IMG/VR virus record: IMGVR_UViG_3300001596_000066
Source of the DNA: an uncultured virus (IMG/VR IMGVR_UViG_3300001596_000066)
Lineage: Duplodnaviria; Heunggongvirae; Uroviricota; Caudoviricetes
Length of the DNA: 62,363 nt
Strand: one strand, 5' to 3'
Shown: positions 1-10,210 of the stretch, piece by piece
Layout: every line of letters begins with the position of its first letter
Position numbering within the stretch: the stretch's first letter is position 1
Made by a program: the position numbers and the translations under genes
Notes under the pieces: model-generated
What the model saw: only the letters and a program-made list of their open reading frames with translations
Told to the model about the DNA's origin: nothing
Databases searched by the model: none

Positions 1-239
1 AGCCCCGTCCGGCCCCAGACCACGACGCCCTCGACGGAGAAGCTGTCGTCCTCATGCTGCAGCGGCGTGTCGTCCAGATAGACACTCTTCAGGTTGTCCT
101 TCAGCCCGCCGATCGGCCCTTCGCTGACGACATCGATGATGCGGGCGGTCGCGGTCGAGCGCAGCGTGTTCGGCGCCTCGCGCCCGCCACCACCACCGCC
201 CGACTTTCCGCCGCCCCCAGCGCCCTCGATACGCCTCAT
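1..239 (-). CDS. 5' part of tail tip protein J (duplicate copy, runs off the window)
   Basis: Identical to 9313-9551, MRRIEGAGGGGKSGG... Confidence 0.85.
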   Translation of the reverse strand, partial: MRRIEGAGGGGKSGGGGGGREAPNTLRSTATARIIDVVSEGPIGGLKDNLKSVYLDDTPLQHEDDSFSVEGVVVWGRTG

Positions 240-898
240 GGCGTGCCCGTCAGGAACTTGTTGGAACTCGTGCCGTCGCGACCCGCATACGGCAGCTCTT
301 CGACCGCAATGCCGGCTGACCCGACCACCGAGCCGACCCGGTGCAGCCCGAAGACCAGCGGCACCGGGTTGCCCGCCTCGATCCGGTTGATACCGCTGTT
401 GAACAAGAACGACGGGCGCTTGTCGGGGCTCTCGTTGCTGTCGATGGTTGGTGTCGGGGACAGAAGCTGCCCGATGCCGGCCAGGCCAGTGCTGACGCCT
501 AGGCTGAACGCAAGGCTTCCCACGACCTGAGCGGCAGTCAACTGGCCCGCAAAAGCTGCTGCAGCGCCGCCGGCCGGCCCTCCCAGCGCAAACGAAACGC
601 CGATCAGTGCCGCAGCAACGATGATCTTGGTAAAGCCGTTGTCGCCCCCGGCGCCCTCAATCGCCGGCACGAAGTGAATGTCGCCGTCGTCCGCCAGCAG
701 CGTCAGCGTTTCGGCCTCATGCTCGAAGCCGTCACCCAGGTCGCCACTGATCACGTGAAAGCTGCCCTCCGACAGCCGCCGTCGGAATCCCGGCACCTGC
801 CGAGACAGCCCCCGCACGGCCTCCGCCGGCGACGCCACATCCCAACAAAAAGGCCCACCGAAGCGGGCCAGATCACCGTGCAGGTGGATCGTTCTCAT
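236..898 (-). CDS. Tail assembly protein I (duplicate copy)
   Basis: Identical to 9548-10210. Confidence 0.85.
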   Translation of the reverse strand: MRTIHLHGDLARFGGPFCWDVASPAEAVRGLSRQVPGFRRRLSEGSFHVISGDLGDGFEHEAETLTLLADDGDIHFVPAIEGAGGDNGFTKIIVAAALIGVSFALGGPAGGAAAAFAGQLTAAQVVGSLAFSLGVSTGLAGIGQLLSPTPTIDSNESPDKRPSFLFNSGINRIEAGNPVPLVFGLHRVGSVVGSAGIAVEELPYAGRDGTSSNKFLTGTP

Positions 899-1629
899 GG
901 ATCGTAGCGCAAGAAGTGCGTCATGAATTTGCGCCATCGTCCCAGGGGCTCGCGCCGGCTGTAGCGGCCGGGCAGATGGTGCAGGATCAGGTTGCTCTCC
1001 AACACTATGCCGCCGTGGTGCGGGACGCCCGGCCGCCCACCACCCGCCGGCAGTGACGCCAGAAAGACATCCCCCGGTTCAGCTTCATCCGGCGCCACTT
1101 GTCGAAACCCCGCTTCGCCGAAGCCCTGTTGATAGAGATCCTGGCCATTGCTCCACCACTCATTGTCGCGCGGGAAGTCCTTGAGCGTGATGCCACGAAC
1201 CAACCGGTAGTAGTCGCGGATGAGAGCGTAGCAATCGCCCCGCCCATCCGTGCCGCTTGGCCCATGGCGAAACTGCCGGCCGATGAGTGGCGGTGGTTCG
1301 AGGCTGTCGCCCCAGGCCCACGGCTCGCCGGCCACCTCACCATCGGTCAGCACGATCACCCAGGGCACGCCGCTGTCGATCTGCCCCCCGATATCGACGG
1401 CCGACGGGTCGGCGCTGCCATTCACATGAGAATGCACCACCGCCTGGATCTCACCCCGCTTGGATGCCGCCAGCCATGCTTGCGGTGAAATCCTGAACGC
1501 CGTCTCCGGCTCCGGGTGCAGGTTGCGATACGGGCGGTACACGCTGTCGACAATGAAGCCGCACGCCTCGTGCGGATGGCGTTTGATCGCGTCGGCTTTG
1601 ATGGCGTTGGCAGCCGATGGAAGAAGCAT
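895..1629 (-). CDS. Tail assembly protein K, JAB + NlpC/P60 (duplicate copy)
   Basis: Identical to 10207-10941. Confidence 0.85.
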   Translation of the reverse strand: MLLPSAANAIKADAIKRHPHEACGFIVDSVYRPYRNLHPEPETAFRISPQAWLAASKRGEIQAVVHSHVNGSADPSAVDIGGQIDSGVPWVIVLTDGEVAGEPWAWGDSLEPPPLIGRQFRHGPSGTDGRGDCYALIRDYYRLVRGITLKDFPRDNEWWSNGQDLYQQGFGEAGFRQVAPDEAEPGDVFLASLPAGGGRPGVPHHGGIVLESNLILHHLPGRYSRREPLGRWRKFMTHFLRYDP

Positions 1630-1647
1630 CACCACCCCCTGCGCAGC

Positions 1648-1669
1648 AAAAACCCCGCCGAAGCGGGGT
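1648..1669 (-). terminator. Intrinsic terminator after the CapRel-like gene (duplicate copy)
   Basis: ACCCCGC-TTCG-GCGGGGT followed by a T run on the - strand. Confidence 0.75.
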
Positions 1670-1699
1670 CCCACAACAAACAGTCTCTTGGCCGCCGTT

Positions 1700-2908
1700 T
1701 CATTTGACCCACCGACGGCTCTTGCCTGGGTTAAGCCAAGAAGTAGAGATTGCGTGTTCGCGCCTTGGCCTTGTCCTGGCTCCCCTCTGCTGGGCAAACT
1801 CGGAGATATTGCGACCTCCAACGATTTCAGACAGCATCTGGCCGAACAGTTCAACATCGACGAAGTAATTTGGGAATGCGCGCTTGAGCTCTTCTACATT
1901 ATTGGCTTCCACCAAGACGCTGATCGTTCGCTGGTCACTGTCTGACAACTCCCTTCTCTCCGAAGTATTATAAGCAGCTATTCCTTCAGTCACGTTGTAG
2001 AATGGCCTCAGCTTGACAATACGATCTACGTTGTCGAATTCCAAACCATAGAATGTCGGCCTTCTCTGTATCGGCTTCTTTCTGGGCTCGATTTCCCGAA
2101 CAACGTAACGAGTGTTTTCTAGAAACTCTATTGCTTTTAGTTGATTGTTCAAGTCTCTGATCTCTGAAACGCACTCACGCGATGTAGGCAAATCGGCCGG
2201 CGGCGGGCAGCCTTCTGCCAATGCAAGCTGCCCCGACATTAGCTTGAAGAGTCGGAGCCACTTTTCGCTACCGACCCCGCCCTTCAAGTTCTCATTTCGG
2301 ACCAGACCCACAGCCTCAACGGCGGTTGCCCACGAGTGCTGTAGCCTTGAACGAACCTGGACCTCGATACGGCGCCCGTCAAACGCAGACGCACGCGGGT
2401 TTTCGAACTTGATGATAAGGTGAAAGCAACGGTAACCGTCACTTTTTGGTCTAGCAACGTAATCCTTTTGACCAACAACGTTCTCGTCTCGGCGCTTTTC
2501 TATGTCACTTTTCAATAACACCGCATCATGAATGGTCTCGCAGATAACACGGCAGCCGCCGATATCCTGCATTCGACTCAACTTCATTTCCGGCTCGCGG
2601 CTCAGCTTTTCCCTAATTGACGGGAGTCTCTTCAACCGAGAGCCGGTTGTTCCTTCAATGCCAAGGCGCCTGAGAGACTGTATCGCCGAAGTGCGAACAC
2701 TCTTCATCGGATAGGAATGCGATTCACGCCACGCGTGAGCTATTCGGAACAGTCGTATTGCCTCGCCGTGAGATCCGGATGAATCCGTGACCAAGCGCTT
2801 AAGCCGATCGCCAACACGATTGACCTCATTGCGGCTATGATTGAATGGCCTAAATCTCGACACGTCTAGCTCGCTGTTCGCGGCAGTCTGACCGAACTCT
2901 AGTACCAT
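1700..2908 (-). CDS. capRel: RelA/SpoT-domain fused toxSAS, CapRel-like (duplicate copy)
   Basis: Identical to 11012-12220. Confidence 0.75.
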   Translation of the reverse strand: MVLEFGQTAANSELDVSRFRPFNHSRNEVNRVGDRLKRLVTDSSGSHGEAIRLFRIAHAWRESHSYPMKSVRTSAIQSLRRLGIEGTTGSRLKRLPSIREKLSREPEMKLSRMQDIGGCRVICETIHDAVLLKSDIEKRRDENVVGQKDYVARPKSDGYRCFHLIIKFENPRASAFDGRRIEVQVRSRLQHSWATAVEAVGLVRNENLKGGVGSEKWLRLFKLMSGQLALAEGCPPPADLPTSRECVSEIRDLNNQLKAIEFLENTRYVVREIEPRKKPIQRRPTFYGLEFDNVDRIVKLRPFYNVTEGIAAYNTSERRELSDSDQRTISVLVEANNVEELKRAFPNYFVDVELFGQMLSEIVGGRNISEFAQQRGARTRPRREHAISTSWLNPGKSRRWVK

Positions 2909-3018
2909 TGTATCTGATTCGACTGTCGGCGCGCCACGCGGGTCCGTCTGAAGCCAGCTGTGTTCAGTGTCCAAGAAACATTCTCCCTGCACCGTTTTCA
3001 GTTGAAGGCACAACAGCA

Positions 3019-3732
3019 TCACACCCTCGCCCTGGCCACGCCAGGAAAGCCGCGAAACGGCAGGATCGCGTTGTCACCGAACCGCACTTTGCACCCGCTC
3101 GTCAGCTGCTTGTTGCAAACATCGTCGGCGCCGCTCGCCACCGGGTTGCCGAACCGGTCGAAGCTGGCGGCTCCGACATAGGGGCAGGTCGCCTGGCTAT
3201 AGTCGAACGTCTGCGTGTCCGGGTCCCAGACCCGATAGCGCTGATCGCACAGCCGGGTCACCTGCCGCCCGGGCACCAGGCGCCCCTCCTGGTCCATGGC
3301 CGCGGCCAACCCCCACTCGACATAGACCTTGTTCTGCGCCGATTTTCGCTCTACCCGATACACATCCAGCGGCCAATGCGCCGTCGGGTCGGCCCCCGGC
3401 TGCCCATCGAGAAAACGCGTCAATGTCCGCAGCCGCGTGACCGTCGCGCCGACCAGGTCGTTGAACTGCTGCAACAGCCCCGTGATCACCAGATTGACGT
3501 TGGCGATACGCAAGCGCGGCGTCGGCAACGGCCCGCTGCCGGACCATTCGAACCCGTCCGCCTCGATCGGCGTCGGCGGGTAGGTATTGCCGGCGAACAC
3601 CACCGGCTGATCGTTCACCGTGCCGCTGGTCCACCGCAGGATGCCGGCGCCGTGGCTGGTGCCGTCCAGCGTCCACAGCTCGACCTTGGCGTCCAGCGCG
3701 GCTGCCTGTTGAGCTTCCGTGAGGGCTGACAT
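3019..3732 (-). CDS. Minor tail protein L (duplicate copy)
   Basis: Identical to 12331-13044. Confidence 0.85.
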   Translation of the reverse strand: MSALTEAQQAAALDAKVELWTLDGTSHGAGILRWTSGTVNDQPVVFAGNTYPPTPIEADGFEWSGSGPLPTPRLRIANVNLVITGLLQQFNDLVGATVTRLRTLTRFLDGQPGADPTAHWPLDVYRVERKSAQNKVYVEWGLAAAMDQEGRLVPGRQVTRLCDQRYRVWDPDTQTFDYSQATCPYVGAASFDRFGNPVASGADDVCNKQLTSGCKVRFGDNAILPFRGFPGVARARV

Positions 3733-3820
3733 TTAGGCTCCACCAAGTTGACTCTTTTTCGCGCAATAGTACCCTCACCCCCAGCTAACTGATTGGGGGA
3801 TCAGCGTGTCAGCGGAACGG

Positions 3821-3920
3821 NNNNNNNNNNNNNNNNNNNNNNNNNNNNNNNNNNNNNNNNNNNNNNNNNNNNNNNNNNNNNNNNNNNNNNNNNNNNNNNN
3901 NNNNNNNNNNNNNNNNNNNN
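3821..3920. other. Assembly gap (100 N)
   Basis: Run of exactly 100 N. Confidence 1.
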
Positions 3921-3967
3921 GTCAGGCCCGGCGGCCCGAGCCTGACATAGAACTGCGCGTCCATGGC

Positions 3968-4351
3968 TTACGGCGCCGGCGGCTCGGTGACGCCCGGGAC
4001 GACGCGCACCGTGTTCGACAACAGATGCTCGATCTCGCCGCCAGGCCCCAGCAGCAGCGCATCCCAGCGATAGAGGTTGACCGGAATGGCGGCGGTCTGC
4101 GTCCCGGCCATTGTCAGCACGAACTCACCGGTCGCGGCGCCCGTGCTGTCCACGGCCCAAGGATAGGCCGTCGGCCCGCGCTCGGTCGCGCCCGCCGTCT
4201 GTTCGCGGATCTCCGCTTTCATGGTGTAGCCTGTCAGATCCTGCGGGTTGCTGGCGGCGTCGAGCATCGTCAGGGTCACCTTGGCATCGGCACCACGGCG
4301 AATGGCGTGCTCGTCGACCAGCGCCGGCACCCGGCGCACGAGGTCCGTCAT
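3968..4351 (-). CDS. Phage tail-region hypothetical protein
   Basis: 127 aa, DLTGYTMKAEIR motif common in virion accessory proteins; ATGA-coupled to the upstream gene. Confidence 0.7.
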   Translation of the reverse strand: MTDLVRRVPALVDEHAIRRGADAKVTLTMLDAASNPQDLTGYTMKAEIREQTAGATERGPTAYPWAVDSTGAATGEFVLTMAGTQTAAIPVNLYRWDALLLGPGGEIEHLLSNTVRVVPGVTEPPAP

Positions 4352-5148
4352 GGCGCGGGACTCAGGATCGCGTCAAAGGCGGCCGGGATATCGGCGGCGT
4401 TGGCCAGCGTGCCGGACGCAATATCCGCCTTCACGGCCCAAGACGCCTGGTAGATGGCGTCGATCCCGTCGACGATCGCCTTGCCCAGCCCGATCATCTG
4501 ATCGACCGTGATCAGATGCTCCTGGTCGCCGGCGTCCCGGACCCGGATCTGGCGGCTCGTCTCGCCCTCGACCCTCGCCGTCAAGGCCCGCGAGTAGAGC
4601 GCCTGGATGTTGCGAAAGTCCTGTTCGTTGCGCAGGTCCAACGTCAGCGTTTTGCCACCGCCGATGTCGACCGGCGCCCCGCCGGCCACGAGCCGGTCGC
4701 GATAGGCGTTGACCGCCTCGGCCGTTGCAGGGATCGGCGTGGCCGTCCAAGTCTGCCATGCCGTTTGCGGATCACCACGCCATTCGCGCGGGCCGGGTTC
4801 GACCTTCACGAGGCCCTCGGGGCGGTCGTCGAAGTTCAGTCGATACCAACCGAGCTTGGCCAGGTCGGCGTCGCTGAAGTTGCGCGCAATGGAGCGCGGG
4901 TATTGCGTACCATCGGCCGCAACGTACGGCGGCTTCAAGTCGTTGAGGTTCGTATCTACGAGCATCAGTGGCCCGCTGATCGGCTGCTCGAAACGATCGT
5001 TGGCAAACGCCCAACCGATATGCGGCTCGTTACCCTCGGCGTCCGGGATATCGGCCAGCGACGCACCATCAGGCAGAGGCCATTCCGCGTCCGGGTCATA
5101 GGCGATGATGTTCGTCACGACCCCGTTTTCGATCAGCGCTTGTCTCAT
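4348..5148 (-). CDS. Tail fibre assembly/chaperone-like protein, C-terminal DUF4376-like domain
   Basis: Start MRQALIENGVVTNII overlaps the fibre stop; VNAYRDRLVAGG...RDAGDQEHLIT...IYQASWAVK pattern. Confidence 0.65.
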   Translation of the reverse strand: MRQALIENGVVTNIIAYDPDAEWPLPDGASLADIPDAEGNEPHIGWAFANDRFEQPISGPLMLVDTNLNDLKPPYVAADGTQYPRSIARNFSDADLAKLGWYRLNFDDRPEGLVKVEPGPREWRGDPQTAWQTWTATPIPATAEAVNAYRDRLVAGGAPVDIGGGKTLTLDLRNEQDFRNIQALYSRALTARVEGETSRQIRVRDAGDQEHLITVDQMIGLGKAIVDGIDAIYQASWAVKADIASGTLANAADIPAAFDAILSPAP

Positions 5149-6356
5149 CCGTAGAACTCCAAAATGAATGCAATCCCAGGGAAGCCGTCGCCTCCCGCCG
5201 CGCCGGTCGCGCTGTTCGTGTTTTGGCTGATAGCCCCGCCACCGCCGGCACCCGGCCCAGTGCCCGCTTGGCCGGAAGCAGAGGCATCGAGCGCTTCGTC
5301 TATTCGCCCGCCCCCACCACCTGACCCAAAAAACGAGCCGCCGCCGTCGCCGCCCGAAATGTAGCCGTCCAAGTCGGCGCCAATGCTGTTGGCCTGTCGT
5401 CCGTTCTGTCCGGCAATCCTGATGTTTCCACCGGCGCCTCCGCTGCCGCCGCTGCCACCAAGCAGCCCACGTCGGTTGGATGATATCGAGATGCCCGCGC
5501 CGCCTGTGCCACCGCCGCAGGTGATTCCAGCCCCAAACGACGAGCTGCCGCCTGCCGATCCAGAGCGGTCGGCCCCACCTGTGGCTGGGCCACCGGCGCC
5601 CCCTGCGCCAATAGTGACGACTTGAGAGGCTATGCCCGTGACATCGATCAGCCCTATCCCTGTCTCGGCGGCACCACCGCCGCCCGCCAAAATGATGGCG
5701 CTGCTGTCGAAGGCAGCCGCCCCGCCCCCGCCTCCACCGCCGCCAGCGACAAAGACCAGGATGCTCGTGCAGCCCACCGGGCGGTTCCAGGTGCCGCTGG
5801 AATAGAACGTCTGTTGTGTCACGCCGCCGCCGGTCGCAGCGGCCGCCCATACCGGCAGCCCGGCCGCTAGCGTCAGCACGTGACCATTGGTCCCCGCCGC
5901 CAAGCGTGCGAGCGTGTTGGCTGCGGAGCCGTAGATCACATCGCCGGTTGCGACGGACAGGCCACCCAGGCTGCGCAGGACCAGGTCGGCGAGTTTGCCG
6001 CTTGCTAGCGTCTGATTGGCGACTTTCTCATTGGTGATCGCCTCATTCAGGACATTGCCCGTATTAACCGCGTTGGCCTGCATCGCGGCATTGCCGACGC
6101 TGTCGTTGGGCAGGCTGAAAGCGCCGGTCGACGGGTTGATCGCGGCGATGACGACGTCGGTGGTGCCGTCGAAGATGTTCAGCTCCCAGAGGGTGCCCGA
6201 CACCTCCTTCACCCAGGCCATGCCCGCTTGCGCGTAGGCTGGCCGCGTGGCGCCACGGTGGAGCGTGTTCTGCGCGTCCTCGAAGCTATCGAGGTTCAGC
6301 CTCAGCTCGACACCAGTGTCTGAACCGTCAATCGGCTTGATGTTATGTTGCGTCAT
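5145..6356 (-). CDS. Glycine-rich tail fibre protein
   Basis: Directly downstream of J; TGDVIYGSAANTLARL and SSGTW..P.G...VAGGGGGGGG Gly-rich domain. Confidence 0.8.
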   Translation of the reverse strand: MTQHNIKPIDGSDTGVELRLNLDSFEDAQNTLHRGATRPAYAQAGMAWVKEVSGTLWELNIFDGTTDVVIAAINPSTGAFSLPNDSVGNAAMQANAVNTGNVLNEAITNEKVANQTLASGKLADLVLRSLGGLSVATGDVIYGSAANTLARLAAGTNGHVLTLAAGLPVWAAAATGGGVTQQTFYSSGTWNRPVGCTSILVFVAGGGGGGGGAAAFDSSAIILAGGGGAAETGIGLIDVTGIASQVVTIGAGGAGGPATGGADRSGSAGGSSSFGAGITCGGGTGGAGISISSNRRGLLGGSGGSGGAGGNIRIAGQNGRQANSIGADLDGYISGGDGGGSFFGSGGGGGRIDEALDASASGQAGTGPGAGGGGAISQNTNSATGAAGGDGFPGIAFILEFYG

Positions 6357-6359
6357 GGC

Positions 6360-9300
6360 CTAGCTCACATATCCGTAGCCCTTGGCGACGTAATCAAACG
6401 TGCGCTGGATGGCTGTGGCGGTGTTGTCGAAGAACTGAATGGTGAAGCCGCTCGCGCTCTTCGCCGTGATGGTCCAGTAGTCGCCCGTCGCCAGATCCTG
6501 CGCGGCGATCCCAATCCCCGTGAGCGCATTGAAGGCGGGGGCAAACGTGATCGTCCGGCCGGCTGGCGTCACCACCAAGTCATTGCCGGCTTCGATCCGG
6601 TCCGGCATGTCCACCGACACCGACAGCGCCTGGATGACCGGGCTGATGTTGCTGTTGATCCCGGTCAGGATGACGCGAAACTCAAAAGCTCGGGCCGTAT
6701 AGTCCCCGACGATCAGGTTGGCCCAATCGGTCCACACCGGCGACCCGGCCGGATCGTCCGATGTGAACCGAAGCTCGAACCGAACGTCCCATTCCTCCGC
6801 CAGCGTCCCGTCGATCGTCTCGATGCTGTCGATCGTCACCCAGCTATCGATCGTGTTGTTCAGGTTTTCGCCGCCAGCCGTGATGCTGCCGGAAACGCGA
6901 CTGGTGAAGACGGCCCCCAAGTCCACCTGGTTAGCGAATGCGTAAGTGCCGGACGCATAGAAGGCGCCTGGCGTCTGTTCCGCGAGCTTCAGCGTGCCTC
7001 CGTCGACCGCGACGTTGGTCTTTGTCCCGGTGAACCCGGGGTCTTCTGTCGCCGTCTCAACAACGTTCAGGCCCTCGACGCTGGCAATCGTCGACACGAT
7101 CGAGGTTGCGTTGACGCTTTCTGTCCCTTGCTCCGTCACTGCCTTGATCAGGAACGTGCCGCCGTTGGCTGCAAGTTGGACCGACGTGCCCTCGACGCGC
7201 GGCTGAACGTCGATCGCCTCACCCCAGCCCGGCCCATTCGTACGCGGCGACCGCTTGATGCGATAATGGGACAGGTTCAGGTCCGGCACCGGGTCCCAGG
7301 TCAGGGTCGCGATGGAGCCGACGACGGAGATGGTGAAGTTCTGGACGTCCGATGGCGGGCCATCCAGCACACCCAGCGTGGCGCCATAAGTCGTCCACGG
7401 CGACACCCGCCCCAGATTGTCCAGCGATCGCGCCCGAAATTCCCACGGCCCATCCTCGGTGGGCGCGATATCGATCGACAGGGACGACGTCGTCCCCGCC
7501 GGCTGAAACGCCCGCCCGTCGGTCGGCTTGACCTCGACCTCGAACAGGGTCACCCGGGCGTCGTCCGGCGCTTCCCACGAGAAGGTCACGGCTGTCAGAA
7601 TCGTGGCGGCCGGCTTGTAGAGATACTCGCTGTGGCTCGGGTTGATCGGCTTTTTCAGCGCCCCGGACGGCAACGCCGTGAAGGTCGGTGCGTCCAGCAC
7701 CAGCCCTTGTTCGATGCGCACATATTTGTTCGGGTCGTGCAGCAGGGCCGTGATCTCGAAGGTGTTGGCCTCCGCCTCCACCACGCTCAGGATGCGGAAC
7801 TGGCGCGGCGCCACCGGCGAGACGATCCAGACCGCGCCCGGCACCGGTGCGGCCGGCAGCGCCGTCGTCCAGGTCAAGGTCGTATGGTCACCGGCCCCGT
7901 TGGCCAGCGTGCGGTCCTCGATCGAACCGTCCGGCATGACCACCGAAAGCGTGTAGGTCGACACCCCGTCGATCGTCACCGCAGCGTCGATCACCAGGCT
8001 GGTTGCACCCGGTGTCACCACCCGTCCGCCCTGCCGCGTGCCGGCATAGGCCGGGTCGGCGATCGAGACGATATCCCCCGGCCCCACATCCGCATGGTCC
8101 CAGGACGCGCGATAGGTCACCGTCTCGGTCTGGTTCCAGGCCGTATCCAGCGCCCACAGGCCGGTGCGATAGGCCTGGCCGCGCCGCGTGCAGCCGACCG
8201 CTTTGATCTCCGCCGGCCGCCAGCCATATTCCGCGATCCGCGCCGGGTCCTCGACCACCTCGATCGCCGCCTTGTAGCCGTCATCCGGGTCGTGCCAGGA
8301 GACCAGCGCCACCGTCGGCCGCGTCTTCAGGCCGGTACCGGAATAAGTGAACAGTCCGTCGATCACATTGGCCGGCGTCACCAGCTTCACCGGGTCGGAT
8401 GGCTTGTCCTGGCTGACCGTGACCGCGCCGGAGGCCCAATGGGTGATGCCCCGGAACGAGCCGGCGACGAGCTGCACCGCCCGGATCGCGTCCTCGCGCC
8501 CCTCGACCACGCCGTTGAACGTGTAGCGCGGCTCCTGACCGCCCAGCCCGTCATCGACCAGTTCGTCGTTGTATTGGGCGATGTCATAGAAGGCGAACTT
8601 GTCGACCTGGGCGCCGTCGATGAAGTCGCCCAGGCCCCAGCGCTTGTTGGTCAACAGCGCGTACAGCACCCAGGCCGGGTTGTCGGTCCAGGCGTTCTGG
8701 AACGTGCCGTCCCACAGGCCGGTATAGACCCGCGTCTCGGAGTTGTAATTCGACGGCACACCGACCAGCAGGCCGAAGATCTCATAGTTCCGCGTCGGCA
8801 CCCGGCCGCCGAACGCCTCGGCATCGGCCGACACGGCCGCAAACGCCGTATCCGGGTATTGCAGCTTGGCGTCGATCAGCTCGGTGTAAGAGGCCCAGAA
8901 CAGGCTATCGACCTCCTTTACCGAGGTGCGGTCGCCGGTCACCCGCCGCATGCGCACCTGCCAGGGCGCGCCGCCTTCGGGCAACGCGACCCGATAGGCC
9001 CGCTCGTAAGGGCTGGTGGTCTTGCCGCGCACCCGGTCGGCCAGCACTTCGGTCCAGACCCCACCGTTCGGCATCACGTCGATCGCCAGGTCGACGAACG
9101 ACCGGACGATGTCGCCATTGTCCCGCACCCACGACAGGCCGTTCGGAAAGCGCGCCTTCACGCGCACGGCGTCGACGGTCGGGTCGGTCACCTGCCGCGT
9201 TACCGAGCCGTCGCCGCTGCCCGAGCCCTCGGGCGAGTCCTTGGTCACCTCAACGCCGACCGGGATCTCACGCTCGACCTCGGTAAAGCCCTCCACATGG

Positions 9301-9551
9301 GGCTGGTCTGGCAGCCCCGTCCGGCCCCAGACCACGACGCCCTCGACGGAGAAGCTGTCGTCCTCATGCTGCAGCGGCGTGTCGTCCAGATAGACACTCT
9401 TCAGGTTGTCCTTCAGCCCGCCGATCGGCCCTTCGCTGACGACATCGATGATGCGGGCGGTCGCGGTCGAGCGCAGCGTGTTCGGCGCCTCGCGCCCGCC
9501 ACCACCACCGCCCGACTTTCCGCCGCCCCCAGCGCCCTCGATACGCCTCAT
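6360..9551 (-). CDS. Tail tip / host specificity protein J
   Basis: 1063 aa; EAPNTLRS, VSEGPIGG, WDGTFQNAWTDNPAW, EPRYTFNG, GCTRRGQAYR motifs of lambda J family. Confidence 0.92.
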   Translation of the reverse strand: MRRIEGAGGGGKSGGGGGGREAPNTLRSTATARIIDVVSEGPIGGLKDNLKSVYLDDTPLQHEDDSFSVEGVVVWGRTGLPDQPHVEGFTEVEREIPVGVEVTKDSPEGSGSGDGSVTRQVTDPTVDAVRVKARFPNGLSWVRDNGDIVRSFVDLAIDVMPNGGVWTEVLADRVRGKTTSPYERAYRVALPEGGAPWQVRMRRVTGDRTSVKEVDSLFWASYTELIDAKLQYPDTAFAAVSADAEAFGGRVPTRNYEIFGLLVGVPSNYNSETRVYTGLWDGTFQNAWTDNPAWVLYALLTNKRWGLGDFIDGAQVDKFAFYDIAQYNDELVDDGLGGQEPRYTFNGVVEGREDAIRAVQLVAGSFRGITHWASGAVTVSQDKPSDPVKLVTPANVIDGLFTYSGTGLKTRPTVALVSWHDPDDGYKAAIEVVEDPARIAEYGWRPAEIKAVGCTRRGQAYRTGLWALDTAWNQTETVTYRASWDHADVGPGDIVSIADPAYAGTRQGGRVVTPGATSLVIDAAVTIDGVSTYTLSVVMPDGSIEDRTLANGAGDHTTLTWTTALPAAPVPGAVWIVSPVAPRQFRILSVVEAEANTFEITALLHDPNKYVRIEQGLVLDAPTFTALPSGALKKPINPSHSEYLYKPAATILTAVTFSWEAPDDARVTLFEVEVKPTDGRAFQPAGTTSSLSIDIAPTEDGPWEFRARSLDNLGRVSPWTTYGATLGVLDGPPSDVQNFTISVVGSIATLTWDPVPDLNLSHYRIKRSPRTNGPGWGEAIDVQPRVEGTSVQLAANGGTFLIKAVTEQGTESVNATSIVSTIASVEGLNVVETATEDPGFTGTKTNVAVDGGTLKLAEQTPGAFYASGTYAFANQVDLGAVFTSRVSGSITAGGENLNNTIDSWVTIDSIETIDGTLAEEWDVRFELRFTSDDPAGSPVWTDWANLIVGDYTARAFEFRVILTGINSNISPVIQALSVSVDMPDRIEAGNDLVVTPAGRTITFAPAFNALTGIGIAAQDLATGDYWTITAKSASGFTIQFFDNTATAIQRTFDYVAKGYGYVS

Positions 9552-10210
9552 GGCGTGCCCGTCAGGAACTTGTTGGAACTCGTGCCGTCGCGACCCGCAT
9601 ACGGCAGCTCTTCGACCGCAATGCCGGCTGACCCGACCACCGAGCCGACCCGGTGCAGCCCGAAGACCAGCGGCACCGGGTTGCCCGCCTCGATCCGGTT
9701 GATACCGCTGTTGAACAAGAACGACGGGCGCTTGTCGGGGCTCTCGTTGCTGTCGATGGTTGGTGTCGGGGACAGAAGCTGCCCGATGCCGGCCAGGCCA
9801 GTGCTGACGCCTAGGCTGAACGCAAGGCTTCCCACGACCTGAGCGGCAGTCAACTGGCCCGCAAAAGCTGCTGCAGCGCCGCCGGCCGGCCCTCCCAGCG
9901 CAAACGAAACGCCGATCAGTGCCGCAGCAACGATGATCTTGGTAAAGCCGTTGTCGCCCCCGGCGCCCTCAATCGCCGGCACGAAGTGAATGTCGCCGTC
10001 GTCCGCCAGCAGCGTCAGCGTTTCGGCCTCATGCTCGAAGCCGTCACCCAGGTCGCCACTGATCACGTGAAAGCTGCCCTCCGACAGCCGCCGTCGGAAT
10101 CCCGGCACCTGCCGAGACAGCCCCCGCACGGCCTCCGCCGGCGACGCCACATCCCAACAAAAAGGCCCACCGAAGCGGGCCAGATCACCGTGCAGGTGGA
10201 TCGTTCTCAT
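9548..10210 (-). CDS. Tail assembly protein I
   Basis: MRTIHLHGDLARFG...IHFVPAIEGAG, Gly/Ala hydrophobic stretch, GNPVPLVFG; between K and J. Confidence 0.88.
   Translation of the reverse strand: MRTIHLHGDLARFGGPFCWDVASPAEAVRGLSRQVPGFRRRLSEGSFHVISGDLGDGFEHEAETLTLLADDGDIHFVPAIEGAGGDNGFTKIIVAAALIGVSFALGGPAGGAAAAFAGQLTAAQVVGSLAFSLGVSTGLAGIGQLLSPTPTIDSNESPDKRPSFLFNSGINRIEAGNPVPLVFGLHRVGSVVGSAGIAVEELPYAGRDGTSSNKFLTGTP

Larger units (their letters stand above)
1..3820. repeat. Direct duplicate of 9313-13132 (offset 9312), ending at an N gap
   Basis: Both ends match and all ORF translations are identical in the two copies. Confidence 0.95.

Noticed and set aside
4348..5850. 500-aa ORF with Arg/Trp-rich N-half
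   Set aside because: N-half is an alternative frame of the Gly-rich fibre; likely start is 5148
3921..9551. DGR or invertible tail-fibre system
   Set aside because: No reverse transcriptase, invertase or adenine-variant repeat seen; the duplicate copies appear identical
6345..9842. 1165-aa + strand ORF and other long antisense ORFs
   Set aside because: Shadow frames of GC-rich genes; Arg/Pro-rich with no motifs
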